Below are positions 12,621 through 24,713 of a stretch of 64,000 nt of DNA, in pieces. The DNA comes from Callorhinchus milii (lineage: Eukaryota). Positions within the stretch are counted from its first letter, which is position 1, and every line of letters begins with the position of its first letter. The stretch lies in contig NW_024704742.1 in assembly GCF_018977255.1 (NCBI RefSeq), positions 123,816,001-123,880,000 on the forward strand, read 5' to 3'. Both the position numbers and the translations under genes were made by a program. The notes beneath the pieces were generated by a model. It ran no database searches, was not told the DNA's origin, and was given only the letters and a program-made list of their open reading frames with translations.

Positions 12621-14031
12621 TATCTCCTGCTATTAATTGCGCTTATTTGTTACCATTGCGCCTTTCTCGAACCCACAAGTGTTTTGTTTTCGCTGATGAA
12701 CCTCATACCATCTGCAATGCTGAAAGCTTCGATTTTCCTTATCTTGTTCTTTTTTTTGGGGGGGGGGTTCTGTTTTTTTGGGGCCGTTTTACCTCTCATT
12801 CAACAACATCCTCTGATCGATATTACGTACCGATTCAGTCCTCAGCAATGCACAGCTCAGGTTGATAAATGGGCTTTATCTTGAAAGGTGATCCATTGAA
12901 TGTCCCCCACCTTTGAGCTACAGCTGTTATTATTGTGCTGTGTGTGTGGAGGGTGTGTGTGTGGAGGGTGGGGGGGGGTGTGCGGTTAATACGTTATTTT
13001 TCGTTAAATGCTATCGATATTACGCGCTGCTATCGTTAGAATAACTATTGAAACGATGGTGCAATTTACCAAATCATTAGTGCAGTGTATGTGATTTGCT
13101 AACCTCGCACATCCCCCCCACACCCCCATCCCCCCCCCCAAAAAAAAAACCACAGTGCAATTGTGACATATATTGAATCTGGGACATATTTACACAACGT
13201 CTGGTTATTTTCTCACATATTGACACATTTAAGTTTTCTCTAAAATGATTATCTCTCCTTCAATTCCTTCATTATTCACATTTTTCCGGATCCTTTTGTT
13301 TTGATGATGGTAATGGACATATCAAGGTCTCGTGGCTTTTTTGTACGATAATCAAGTCATCCCAGAGAATCGCTGCACTTTAATCCAATGGTTTCCTCCT
13401 GCACTCTGTTCGTTAATGTCATTAAACGTAACTTTGGCAAAGTTGAATGGATGCCACCATATAATCTGTGATACTCATACAGGACATTATTCTGTGAAGC
13501 GCTTTGAGACGTCTCAACGACGTGATAAGGTGCTATTTCGAATAAAAGGATTATTATTATTATGAATAATAATACCTGTTTTCCACACCGGAAGTTGTTC
13601 CAACTCACTGAATAACGCTCTTGCACAGTCAACGAGAATACTAATTAATAATCCTTGAATTTGATATAGCGCTTTATCCGATAGTTGAGGCGTCTCAAAG
13701 CGCTTCACAGAATATACGATAAAGTGAATTGACTTATACTTTGAAAAAATTAAATGTTTTGATTGATTTTACTGTAAAATCATGTGAAACGATTTGAGAC
13801 CCCCCGACCCCCCAACAGCCCCCCAACACAGACACAACACATGAAAAGCACTCCGTGGATTGTAAGGATCATTACTGTTATAATGGTTTACTTTATCGGG
13901 ATGGGTTTATCTGGTGTGTGGGCAACACTCTGTGCAGAGTAAGTGCTGAACCCCACAGTCGGTGGTGGAGAAAACAAAGTGCTGGGATTATTGTAGTCCA
14001 ATCAGGACCTTGTGGGAGCTTTACTGTTGGG

Positions 14032-14050
14032 CAGAGAGACAGACACACAC

Positions 14051-14089
<39 letters not shown>

Positions 14090-14216
14090 CACAGAGACAG
14101 ACAGACAGACACACACACACAGAGACAGACACACACACACAGACAGACAGACACACACACACACACACACACAAACAGACACAGGCAGACACAAAAACAC
14201 AGAGAGACAGGCAGAC

Positions 14217-14295
<79 letters not shown>

Positions 14296-14388
14296 CAGGC
14301 AGAGAGACACAGAGAGACAGACAGACAGACACAGGCAGACAGACACAGAGAGACAGACACACAGACAGACAGACACACAGACAGACAC

Positions 14389-14425
<37 letters not shown>

Positions 14426-14516
14426 GACACACACACACACACAGACAGACACACACACACACACACAGACAGACAGATACAGACAGACAGACACAGACAC
14501 ACACACAGACAGACAC

Positions 14517-14548
<32 letters not shown>

Positions 14549-15361
14549 CACAGAGAGAGAGACAGACACACACACAGGCAGACATAGGCAGACACAAAAA
14601 CACAGAGAGACAGGCAGACACAGACAGACAGACACACACGCAGACAGACACACACACACACACAGACAGACACAGACAGATAGACAGACACAGACAGACA
14701 GACACAGACAGACACAGACACACACACACAGAGACAGACACACACACAGAGAGACAGACACACACACACACACAGAAAGACACACACACACACAGACAGA
14801 CACACAGACAGACAGACACACACACAGAGACAGACACACACACAGAGACAGACACACACACACAGAGAGACAGACACACACAGAGACAGACAGACACACA
14901 GAGACAGACACACACACAGAGACAGACACACACACACAGAGACAGACACACAGACAGACAGACACACACACACACAGGCAGACATAGGCAGACACAAAAA
15001 CACAGAGAGACAGGCAGACACAGACAGACAGACACACTCACAGACACACACAGACAGTGACAGACAGACACAGACAGACAGACACACTCACAGACACACA
15101 CAGACAGTGACAGACAGACACAGACAGACAGACAAACAGACAGACACAGGCAGACAGACACAGAGAGACAGACAGACAGACAGACAGACACACAGACACA
15201 CAGACAGACAGACAGACACACAGACAGACAGACACAGATACACAGACCCATACGAACACACACACACAGACAGACAGACACAGATACACAGACACACACA
15301 CACACAGACAGACACACAGACAGACAGACACAGACAGACAGACAGACACACACACACACAC

Positions 15362-15392
<31 letters not shown>

Positions 15393-15435
15393 CACACACA
15401 CAGACAGACAGACAGACAGACACACACACACACAC

Positions 15436-15466
<31 letters not shown>

Positions 15467-15543
15467 CACACAGACAGACAGACAGACAGACACACACACA
15501 CACACACAGACAGACAGACAGACAGACAGACACACACACACAC

Positions 15544-15582
<39 letters not shown>

Positions 15583-15793
15583 CACACACACAGACAGACA
15601 GACAGACAGACACACACACACACACACACACAGACAGACAGACACACACACAGACACACACACAGACAGACAGACAGACACACACACACACACACACACA
15701 GACACACACACAGACAGACAGACAGACACACACACACACACACAGACAGACAGACAGACACACACACACACACACACACAGACAGACAGACAG
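14032..15793. repeat. 1.76-kb compound (CAGA)n/(CA)n microsatellite
   Basis: Directly visible; includes a recurring higher-order unit (caggcagac...acaaaaacacagagagacaggcag) at about 14182, 14575 and 14975. Confidence 0.98.
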
Positions 15794-15975
15794 CGGCTGA
15801 AATTGACACCTTGAAGCCGTTGCCATGCGACGGAGGGGACGCGTGTGAGCGCTGTAACCGCTGTGACTGACGGACGGAGCGGAGGGACCGCCTTTGCGGC
15901 CAATTTGTTTTCAAACATTCAGAGACTGAGAGCGGCGGATTAACCGGGAAACCGCCGCTCCCCCACAGTGCCGAG
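15794..15975 (+). promoter_or_regulatory. CpG-rich promoter-like island upstream of CCNO
   Basis: X-box-like GTTGCCATGCGAC (15819-15831) overlapping MYB-like CCGTTG, two TAACCG motifs, CCAAT near 15900; dense CpG between two simple repeats. Confidence 0.55.
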
Positions 15976-16038
15976 AGAGAGAGAGAGAGAGAGAGAGCAT
16001 CACCGACACCACCGACACCGGCACCACCGGCAGCAGCT

Positions 16039-16858
16039 CCCACCCCCCCCAACACACACCCCCCCACCCACCCCCCCCCCCCAACACACCACACCTCACT
16101 ACACCCCCCACCCCCCCCCCAACACACACACCTCACTACACCCCCCACCCCCCCCCAACACACACACAACACACCTCACCCCCCCCCCCACTACACACAC
16201 ACATACACCCACCCACCACCCCCCCCCCTACACCCCCCCCCCACTACACCCCACCCCCACACACCCACCTCCCCCCCCCCACACACACACTTCACTACAC
16301 CCCCCCCCACTACACACACACATACACACCCCCCACCCCCCCCACTACACCCCCCCCACTACACCCCACCCCACACACCCACCTCCCCCCCCCCACACAC
16401 ACCTCACTACACCCTCCCCCACTACACACACACACACATACACACCCCCCACCCCCCCCACTACACACACTCCACCACTCACACACCCCCCACCCCCCCC
16501 ACTACACCCCACCCCACCCCCCCCCACACACACACACACCTCACCCCCCCCCCCTACACATACACTACACACCTCCACCCCACAACCCCCCCCCACACAC
16601 ACACCTCACCCCCCACCCCCCCCACTACACCCCCCCCCACACACACACATACACACACCCCGCAACACACACACACACACCCAACACACACTTCACTAAA
16701 CACCCACACGCCCACCCCACCACCCTCCCCCCCACCAGCCCCCTCCCACCACACCCTCCCCCCACCCCCCCCCACCCCCCCCCCCCCACCCCACCCACTA
16801 CACCCCCCCCCCCACTACACCCCCCCCCCTCCACCCCACCACCCCCCCCGCCCACCCC
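16039..16858. repeat. C-rich low-complexity tract (poly-C runs with CA)
   Basis: Directly visible; i-motif potential on + and G-quadruplex potential on -. Confidence 0.95.
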
Positions 16859-16906
16859 AATAATAACAGTAACCACAGTCCGGGGGATGGGCCAATAAGC
16901 TGAGGC

Positions 16907-17007
16907 TGGGGGTGGTGTGTGTGGGGGTGTGTGGGTGTGTGTGTGTGGGGTGTGTGGGTGGGGTGTGTGTGTGGGGGTGTGTAGGTGTGTGTGTGGTGGG
17001 GGGGGGG
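16907..17007. repeat. G/GT-rich tract just upstream of the CCNO start codon
   Basis: Directly visible; compositionally the reverse complement of the 16039-16858 tract. Confidence 0.9.
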
Positions 17008-17055
17008 ACCTGCCATGCAGTGACCATGTACGCCCTGTGCCGGGCTGCAGCGGCC

Positions 17056-17457
17056 ATGGTGGCACAGCCCGCGGTCCCGGGGCAGGTCCGGGGCAGTCCG
17101 GCCAAGAGGAAGCGCCCGGGCTCCGGCCAAGAGGACGTCACCCCCGAGGACAGGGCTGAGATGACCTGCGGCAGCGCCAACACCAGAGCCCCCGTCAAGA
17201 AGCCCAAGTGCCCGCGGCACAGGAAGCAGGACCTGGTCTCCAGGGCTGGAGAGCCCGGGAGCCGCCCGGACCAGCCCAGTCCCTCGGGCTCTGCAGACCC
17301 GGGCAGCCCGGCTCTCGGCTCCGGGTGGTCGCCCCCCGGACCGACCACCGGGCTGGACCTGCAGAACTTCAGGGAGTACGGAGAGAAGTGCTTCCTCTTC
17401 AAGCGGGAGTCCGAGAAGAGGTTTCATCCGCGGAACTGCCTGGCACAGCAGCCCCAG
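17056..17457 (+). CDS. CCNO: Cyclin O, coding exon 1
   Basis: GCCATGG start (MVAQ, cf. human MVTP; an in-frame ATG at 17026 is an alternative); RAPVKK and LDLQNFREYG...FHPRNCLAQQPQ match human RAPVKK and LDLQTFRDYG...FHPREALARQPQ; donor cag|gtgagg. Join 17056-17457, 19040-19225, 20262-20744 = 356 aa. Confidence 0.92.
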
Positions 17458-17948
17458 GTGAGGGGGAGAGGGGGGGGGACAGGGGGGGGGGGGACAGGGG
17501 GAGACAGGGGCGGGGGGGGACAGGGGGAGACAGGGGGAGACAGGGGGAGAGGGGGGAGACGGGGGAGAGGGGCAGAGGGGGGGAGACAGGGGCGTGAGGG
17601 GGGGGACAGGGGGAGACAGGGGGAGAGGGGGGGGAGACAGGGGGAGAGGGGGGGGAGACAGGGGGGAGACAGGGGGGGGGAGATGGGGGGAGACAGGGGG
17701 AGACGGGGGAGACAGGGGGAGAGGGGGGGGAGACAGGGGGAGAGGGGGGGGAGACAGGGGGAGAGGAGGGGGAGACAGGGGGAGAGGAGGGGGAGACAGG
17801 GGGAGAGGGGGAGACAGGGAGAGGGGGAGAGAGGGACAGGGGGAGAGGGGAGAGACAGGGGGAGAGGGAGAGGGGAAGAGGTAGAGAGGGAGAGGGGGAA
17901 CAGGTGAGAGAGAGAGAAAGAGAGAGAGAGGAAGAGAAAACGAGAGAG
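17458..17948. repeat. G-rich polypurine tract (GGGGGAGACA-like units) at the start of CCNO intron 1
   Basis: Directly visible; many G4-G9 runs on the non-template strand. Confidence 0.95.
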
Positions 17949-18318
17949 CGCCTTTCTGGTAACGTTATAGACACAGCGATAGTCGTTGCTCTACAGAAAC
18001 GTTATTATACTTATTTTTATTATCGTTGTTATACTATTATTGTATTAGCAACTCTTAGACATCAACCCCCCCCCTCCCCCCCCCCCCTCCCTCCCCTCCA
18101 TTCCTCTCTCCCCTCCATTCCTCCTCCTCTTCGGCAGTGAGTTTATGACAGAATCGTGGCTTTTGTAAACTTTTAAACGCGACAACAACAACAACAACAA
18201 CAACCCCAAAGAGTTCTTGTTTGAGTCGCGTTATACGTTTGCAAACAGAACGTTATTTTCCTTCAGACCGGCGCTGACCGTCGGGGCTTCTTTGCTGCGC
18301 TGTTTGCAACAACTTTTT

Positions 18319-18625
18319 ATCCTCGCATTTGATATAGCGCTTTTCACGTCGGGAGGACGTCCCAAAGCGCTTCACAGAACACACTGCAAAGTGAATTGAC
18401 TGTATATTTGTGGGCGAACGCGGCAGCCGATTGCGCACAGCAGTGTCCCACAAACCGTCGTAGATTGAAAATGACCAATTTATTATTGTTTTGGGTTTTT
18501 GGAGGGATTGTTATTAGGCTCTGTGTGGAGTAAGGAAACTTGCCCAAGGTTTCGCCCTCTGCCTGGGATTGAACTCAGGTCTCGCTTGCAATTCGAGTGC
18601 TCTAACCACTGAGCTACAGGACTCC
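18319..18625 (-). mobile_element. Near full-length tRNA(Ala)-derived Deu-domain SINE in CCNO intron 1
   Basis: Reverse complement of the 45636 and 53418 copies, head GGAGTCCTGTAGCTCAGTGG. Confidence 0.9.
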
Positions 18626-18787
18626 TACTTGGCTTGGGGTCGCCCACAGCCCCGGCTTCTGTGGGCAGACACACCTGTCTTGTGGACAGACAGGCAGACA
18701 GATAGGTTTGTCTGCCCACAAAAAGCACATCCTAAAAGTGACACCCGGCGCTCCCCGAGTGGCTTTGGTCTGACCGCTGCTCTGCAT

Positions 18788-19003
18788 CCACACACAGAGC
18801 CTAATAATAATCACTCCAAAAAAACAAAACAATAATAAATTGGTCATTTTCAATCCACCACTGTTTGTGGGACACTGCTGTGCGCAATTGGCTGCCGTGT
18901 TCGCCCACAAATATACTTTACAGTATATTCTGTGAAGCTCTTTGGGACGTCTAGAAGACGTGAAAAGCACTATATCAAATGCAAGGATTATTATTATTAT
19001 TAT
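18788..19003 (+). mobile_element. Headless Deu-SINE copy, inverted relative to 18319-18625
   Basis: Same body and tail with (ATT)n end, about 35 nt before the CCNO exon 2 acceptor. Confidence 0.88.
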
Positions 19004-19039
19004 TTTTACATCAGTCCTGTTGTTGCACTCTCTTCACAG

Positions 19040-19225
19040 GTAACCTCAGAAGACAGATGCAAACTGGTCAGCTGGCTGATCCCCGTGCACAGGTACTTTG
19101 GCTTCTCCTTCGAGTCAATGTGCCTGACCGTGAACATCATGGACCGCTTCCTGCAAACCACACCGGTGGCTTCCGATTGCTTCCAGCTTATTGGAGTCAC
19201 CTCACTTCTCCTCGCGTGTAAACAG
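19040..19225 (+). CDS. CCNO: Cyclin O, coding exon 2 (cyclin box)
   Basis: cag|GTA...AAACAG|gtgagt; [62 protein letters not shown] is near-identical to human CCNO; 186 nt, phase 0/0. Confidence 0.97.
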
Positions 19226-20261
19226 GTGAGTGAGTGCAGTGTGCACGAACCCCCCCCCTCCCACCCTACACTCCTCACGAATTACTCGTTCAGGTCAACA
19301 CAGGATCTTTTTTTAAAAAAAACTTCTTGGCTATTATTGGTATAGAGAGCGAGGCAAGTAACTCTCCACGTTTAGGAAGCGTAGAGTTGCACACACACAA
19401 CCATCACCACCACCGACAACCAGTAAAATGTATGGATCCAAAACATTCCCCCCCCACCAACCCCTTTTTTTTACTTCTCATGTCTAGGTTTTGCAGACTC
19501 TATAAACCTTGATAAACTGACCACTCATTATGTATGATCCTACTTGGTGTTGGCAAAGTACACAGCCATGATGGTGGTGGGGGGCTGTTGGGAGGGGTCA
19601 AAGCTAAGTCATCTCAAATAAATATCTGTACTTTCTTAACCCTGGTTGTTATCCTTTTCATCTTCCAATTTAGCAGTAAATTGCAGTATGCCTGACTTTA
19701 GTTTTTCCAATGCTGCAAAACGTTATTTGTTATTGGTTACTTTTTTTAATGACAAGTGTCGTAAATAAAGCATGCATTTTATAGAAAACCTACAATACTC
19801 GAAATGTCTCCAAGCCTTTTAGGATAATTATTATCTAACAATGACTAGATGGCGTAGTGACTGTTATCGTGAGTAAATCTGTACTTTGAGGAAAGTTGAA
19901 ACATCAACAACTCGCGCCTTTCACATCAATGGCAAATGCACTGTAAGTAAGTATCAAGAACACAGGCAAAAATAAGCGTCTTAAACTTGGTAAAGCATTG
20001 GAAGTATGCCCTCTACTAAACAATCATATGACAGATTATTTAAGGTGGAGTTGTCCCCCCCACACCCCCAACTCCCTCCCCCCAGTGTGAGGGCTGAAAT
20101 CCACATTGAAGGCAGCAGTAGCTATTCCTAGATATCACTTAACTCTGGTATTTTGACTAATATTGGTTTAAACAGCTGGAGGAATAACTAGTGGGCAAAG
20201 GATGCAGGATCGCATTGTATCCCTATTTGTCATCTAACCACCTTCTCCCCCCTCGTTGCAG

Positions 20262-20744
20262 GTTGAAGTTTACCCTCCTAGGGTTAAACAGCTGCTGTCC
20301 CTTTGCTGTGACGCCTTCACTGGGGAACAGCTCCGTAACCTGGAGTGCATCATCCTGATCAAACTCAACTTCCAGCTGGCGGCTCCAGGGCTGGACTTCT
20401 TCCTGGAGTATTACAGCGAGGCCAGCGGGGAGGGGCAGGAGGTGTGCAGTGCCCGGGCTGCCAGCACCCAGGGCCTGGCCAGACAGATCGCCCAGCTCAG
20501 CCTGGCTGATTACTCCTTCAATGGCTACCCTCCCTCCCTGCTGGCCATGGCTGCTCTCAGATTGGCCGAGCGCATGTTTCAGCACCAGGAAGGCACCAGT
20601 GAGCAGCCCAACCATGACACAGCCTGCGCCCTGGAGGACTGTGTGGAGAGACTCAAGCTGCTGGTGGCTCTGAATGAGGAGTCGCTGGTATCCCTCCTGA
20701 CATTGGAGCTGACACACAAGGAAGAGCTCAGCGCTGAGTTATAA
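20262..20744 (+). CDS. CCNO: Cyclin O, coding exon 3
   Basis: ttgcag|GTT; VEVYPPRVKQLLSLCC...LSLADYSFNGYPPSLLA...ALEDCVERLKLLVALN matches the human CCNO C-terminal cyclin fold; TAA ends at 20744. Confidence 0.97.
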   Translation, partial: VEVYPPRVKQLLSLCCDAFTGEQLRNLECIILIKLNFQLAAPGLDFFLEYYSEASGEGQEVCSARAASTQGLARQIAQLSLADYSFNGYPPSLLAMAALRLAERMFQHQEGTSEQPNHDTACALEDCVERLKLLVALNEESLVSLLTLELTHKEELSAEL

Positions 20745-21416
20745 GGCGATTGATTCATTCACACTCTCACACACTGTATTGCTAACACTGCGATATTGTT
20801 GTTCAAGGAGGTTTCGTCCCCCCATCAAGCCATATCGATTAAGCCCATAAAATACACAGTCAATCCACTTCACAGTATATCCTGTGAAGCGTTTTGAGAT
20901 GTCTCAACAACGTGATAAGGAGCTATATCCAATGCAAGGATTATTATTATCAATGAATAGTCCGAATTATAGTCACTTGTATCAAATCTGAGCAAATATC
21001 ATCAGTCGCCACATCGCGTAGAGACACTAATAAATGGAGATTAATGTTAACTGTTTGTTTACATTTATGAAATGTGAACCTTTTATTTCTGTTCCTGACA
21101 TCACAGTGTATTATTTAGTTTATGTAGGTAAAGGAAGAATGATGGAAAGATTAAATTCAAAATGGGGAAAGGTCACTGAGGTCTGAACAATTGGTACATC
21201 CACTTCGAAGTCAACCTCCTTATTCGGAACAAACAATATCCATATCTAATGCACTGATACTTAATGTCTAACAATAGTACTGTAACTGTAAATAGTGTAC
21301 ATGGTGATTTATGTATTTTATTTGTTGTAAGAAACTAAATTCACCAGGAGCAGTGAATTAATGTGGTTAACCGTTTAAATTATACCTTTCCATTTAATGT
21401 ACTCAAGTATATCTGC

Positions 21417-21422
21417 AATAAA
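21417..21422 (+). terminator. Candidate CCNO polyadenylation signal
   Basis: AATAAA after an AU-rich 3' UTR that contains a Pumilio-type TGTAAATA at 21287-21294; an earlier AATAAA near 21029 is an alternative. Confidence 0.5.
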
Positions 21423-23199
21423 CGTGACTTGTTATTACAAATCTCATTTCAAGTTTCACTTCTTTTAAAGAAAAATGAACTCAGAGATGAAAGTGTATTT
21501 CATCGAGTGTCAGCCTGACACAGTTGGTAGCACTCTCACCTCTGAGATAGAAGATTGTTGATTCAAGCCCCATGTCAGGACTTGGAACTCATAGAGCTGA
21601 CACTCTAATGCAGTGCTGGGGGTATGCTTCATTGTTGGAGGTACCATCATTTGGATGAGATGTAAAACCAAAGTCCCTTCTGTCTGTTCATTAAAGATCC
21701 CATGACACCATTTGCAAAGAGAAGGGAATGTTTCCCAGTGTCCTGGCCAACAACCCCCCAAATAAAATTGATCATTCTATTTGTGGCTGCTTGTGGGACA
21801 TTTCTGTAATAATTGATTGCTGTGTTTGCCCACAAAGTACACAGCCACAGCCATTTTATAGTATATCCTGTGAAGCGCTTTGGGAAGTTTCCAAGTGTGA
21901 AAGGCCCTATACCAAATGCAAGGATTATTATTAAACATCTTCCACCACTGAAACCCTTTCATCGAAGCTCCTCCCGGGTCAAGTGCTGTGTAATCTGATT
22001 TCAGTAATCTGGGCAATATTTGCACAAAACAATTTGCACAGATTCTTATTGGTATAAATCCTGCATACATTCTCATCAGAACACTAGCTAACAATCCCCC
22101 AATTAAAATTGGTCGCTCACTCCATGGCTGCTTTTGGCACATTGCTTTGTGCGAAATTGGCTGCCAGATTCATCTACAAAGTGTACAAAGTCATGACACT
22201 TCAAAGTAAAAATCTTATGAAGCTCTTCGGCCTTTGAGATACCCCAACACCATAAGGCACCACATCAAATACAAGGATTATTATTATAAATGTTTGTATA
22301 TTATAAATGGGGGAAGAATGCATTAGGTTGGTTATTATACATTTTTCAGCATATCTTTTCTTAAAGCAGTGAAATTGGGGGCCCTTAATTGGGGTCACGA
22401 TTCCCCAGCAGCGTATTACTTCTGTTTAGCTTGGTATCTGATGTGGGTATTAAGCGACCCATCGTCGTGCTTAACAGTATCCACGCCAAAGTACTGAGAG
22501 TTTAATATATCTGTGGATATTTCTGTTTGAATTGTTTGAATCCCATAGAGTTTAGGTACAAGTTGCAAGACCCGAGGCAAAGGGACCCCAGAATGTGCTT
22601 TGGAGTGAGGACTCCTGGAGTTTATCGATTAAAATTTCACGGGAATCAGTATCAAGATGTACAATACATGAATTGTATCAAGAAAAGGGTGATGGAAATT
22701 GACGCTAACATATATTTGAAGAAATACTGACTCCGGCACAGCTATAGGAAATCATCTTATCACAATATTTCATATAAGTACATTTGTGGGGAAGGACCTC
22801 TAAGTGGTCTTCTAGAAATCTTTCACACAACTGCATAAATCCAGTCTTTATTTTTTATTGACATCAAATTACAGCAACTGATTCGGTTTCATTTCGTCGC
22901 TTTCAATGATCCACAAACGAGCGCAGTTTAAGCCCAACAAACATTAAGAGAGGTGAAGGCGATCAATTCACTTTACAGTGTATCCTGTGAAGCGCTTTGG
23001 GACGTCCTGAAGACGTGAAAAGCGCTATATCAAATGCAAGGATTATTATTATTATTATTAAGACATTGGGTGAAAATAATTCCGACCAAATTCGATTCGT
23101 ACCTGATTCCTTAAACAGGTGTTAGCACAACGTGGGAGTAGGAGAAGCTTTAGCAGTGCATTAGTGATCATGAAACAAGAAGCCCAGAGACATGAAGAT

Positions 23200-23515
23200 A
23201 AAAGTAGCAGATTTGGCGCTGTTTTTTTTTTGCACAGCTCTGGGATCGGGACTCAACGCCTTTTTTTTTCTTCCAGTTCCAGTTCCAGTTAAAAGCCGCA
23301 TTTCTGCACATTTCTGCGCGGGAGTCGGCAAAAAAAAAAAAAGTGCGGTTGTGGCGCCAATCAATTAGAAAAGGGCGCAATTGCCGAGTGTTACAGCAGA
23401 TGAAATAAAATAGGTTCCCCTCCCCTCCCCCCCCCCACCCACCCCCCCCCCCCCCCCTCCCAGGAGAATTGGCTGCTTTAAATTTCCCGCCCTCCCCGAG
23501 CACAGATTGCCTGGT
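23200..23515 (+). promoter_or_regulatory. MCIDAS proximal promoter with clustered E2F and CCAAT motifs
   Basis: TTTGGCGC (23212-23219), GCGCGGGA (about 23316), TGGCGCCAAT (23352-23361), ATTGG (23468-23472), TTTAAA and TTTCCCGC (23483-23490), in CpG-rich sequence 0.6-0.9 kb upstream of the ATG. Confidence 0.65.
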
Positions 23516-23518
23516 CCT

Positions 23519-23794
23519 TGTGTGTGTGAGTGTGTGTGAGTGAGTGAGTGAGTGTGTGAGTGAGTGTGTGAGTGAGTGAGTGTGTGTGAGTGAGTGTGTG
23601 TGTGAGTGAGTGTGTGAGTGTGTGAGTGAGAGTGTGTGTGTGTGTGTGTGAGTGTGTGTGTGTGTGAGTGAGTGTGTGTGAGTGAGTGAGTGAGTGAGTG
23701 TGTGTGAGTGGTGAGTGAGTGTGTGAGTGAGTGAGTGAGTGAGTGTGTGAGTGTGAGTGTGTGTGTGTGAGTGAGTGAGTGTGTGAGTGAGTGA
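23519..23794. repeat. (GT)n/(GTGA)n microsatellite in the probable MCIDAS 5' leader
   Basis: Directly visible. Confidence 0.95.
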
Positions 23795-24108
23795 GGCGCC
23801 ACCTCTGTGTTTGGAGGTTATTGCCGCTCCTGTGCCACATCTCCAGGGACGCTTCTCCCTGGAGACCAGCGAGAGAAGGGGCAGAGAGTGGAGGGACGGT
23901 CCATGTCCTCTGTATAAGACCCACGTTTGCCAATCGGTGGTCATTTTTTTTTCTCGCAGCTTTTAAACTCTTTTAAGGGATAAATTAGCAACGGATTGAA
24001 ATTGAGCTTAAAGACGTTCAGAGGCACCGCGTCTGCACTTTGATGGTGAACACAGTGCAGTGCAGTGCAGTGCAGGTGGTTTTATTTTTGGTTCAAAAGT
24101 CAGTGGGG

Positions 24109-24210
24109 ATGCAGAATGGAAGGAAGGTATTCGGAGAAAGTTATCCCAATAGGATGGTGCATCTGCCCAGTCAAATATCAGACAAGAAGCACCCGAAATT
24201 TGAAAAGAAG
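24109..24210 (+). CDS. MCIDAS: Multicilin, coding exon 1
   Basis: MQNGRKVFGESYPNRMVHLPSQISDKKHPKFEKK (human MQ...RRAFDSICPNRMLALPGR...KPERK); donor aag|gtaaat. An in-frame upstream ATG exists at 24043. The 7-exon join gives 385 aa. Confidence 0.85.
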
Positions 24211-24713
24211 GTAAATATTTCTACTTCGTTGAGTTATGGCTTCTGGCCGTTGCTTAACGAGAGAGGTTAAACATTGATGGCCATTTATTGAGGTTTACAC
24301 ATTTCAAGTCATATTTAATGTTATTGTGCAAATAAATGTCGACGTGCAATCACTAAAGGATCGGTAATTTGATCGGAACATTTATTTTAATATAAATTCA
24401 AGTCGTTTGAACAGATGTAAACTGTTACAGTATCATAGCTTTGGGTTAATATCAGTCTCTTATCTCGACTTGACACATCACTGGAGCTTCCTGTCTACGC
24501 TCTTCACATTGTTAGTGAAGTTCTGATGATAGGACACTTTATTGAACTGTTGGCTCCTTTGCATTCTACCTATTTAACATTTTTGTAGTTGTGCAAGGTT
24601 CAGAGTTTCATCCTTAGATATGTACAACCTTACAACCTGAGCAGTATTGTATATGTTGTCTGCAACTGACATACTGACTCTGCATCTCTATTATACTCTG
24701 CTGTGCTGTACAG

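Noticed and set aside
12693..12740. Hammerhead-like CTGATGA...GAAA
   Set aside because: Stems I and II cannot be formed.
13855..16775. Very long ORFs (up to 759 aa; TDRQ-, VCLS- or Pro/His-rich)
   Set aside because: Translations of stop-free CAGA/CA and poly-C simple repeats, open in many frames on both strands.
17458..17974. Gly/Arg-rich extension of the CCNO ORF
   Set aside because: Read-through into the intron 1 purine repeat; homology resumes only after splicing at 17457 to 19040.
20781..20793. GCTAACACTGCGA in the CCNO 3' UTR resembling a miR-34/449 site
   Set aside because: Seed mismatch (CACTGCG) and only short 3' pairing; too weak to call.
23168..23944. His/Thr/Ser-rich ORFs on the minus strand
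   Set aside because: (GTGA)n microsatellite artefacts.
24589..24669. Alternative MCIDAS exon 2 after the ttttgtag acceptor
   Set aside because: Reaches a stop in the required frame with no suitable donor; 24714-24795 fits both phases.
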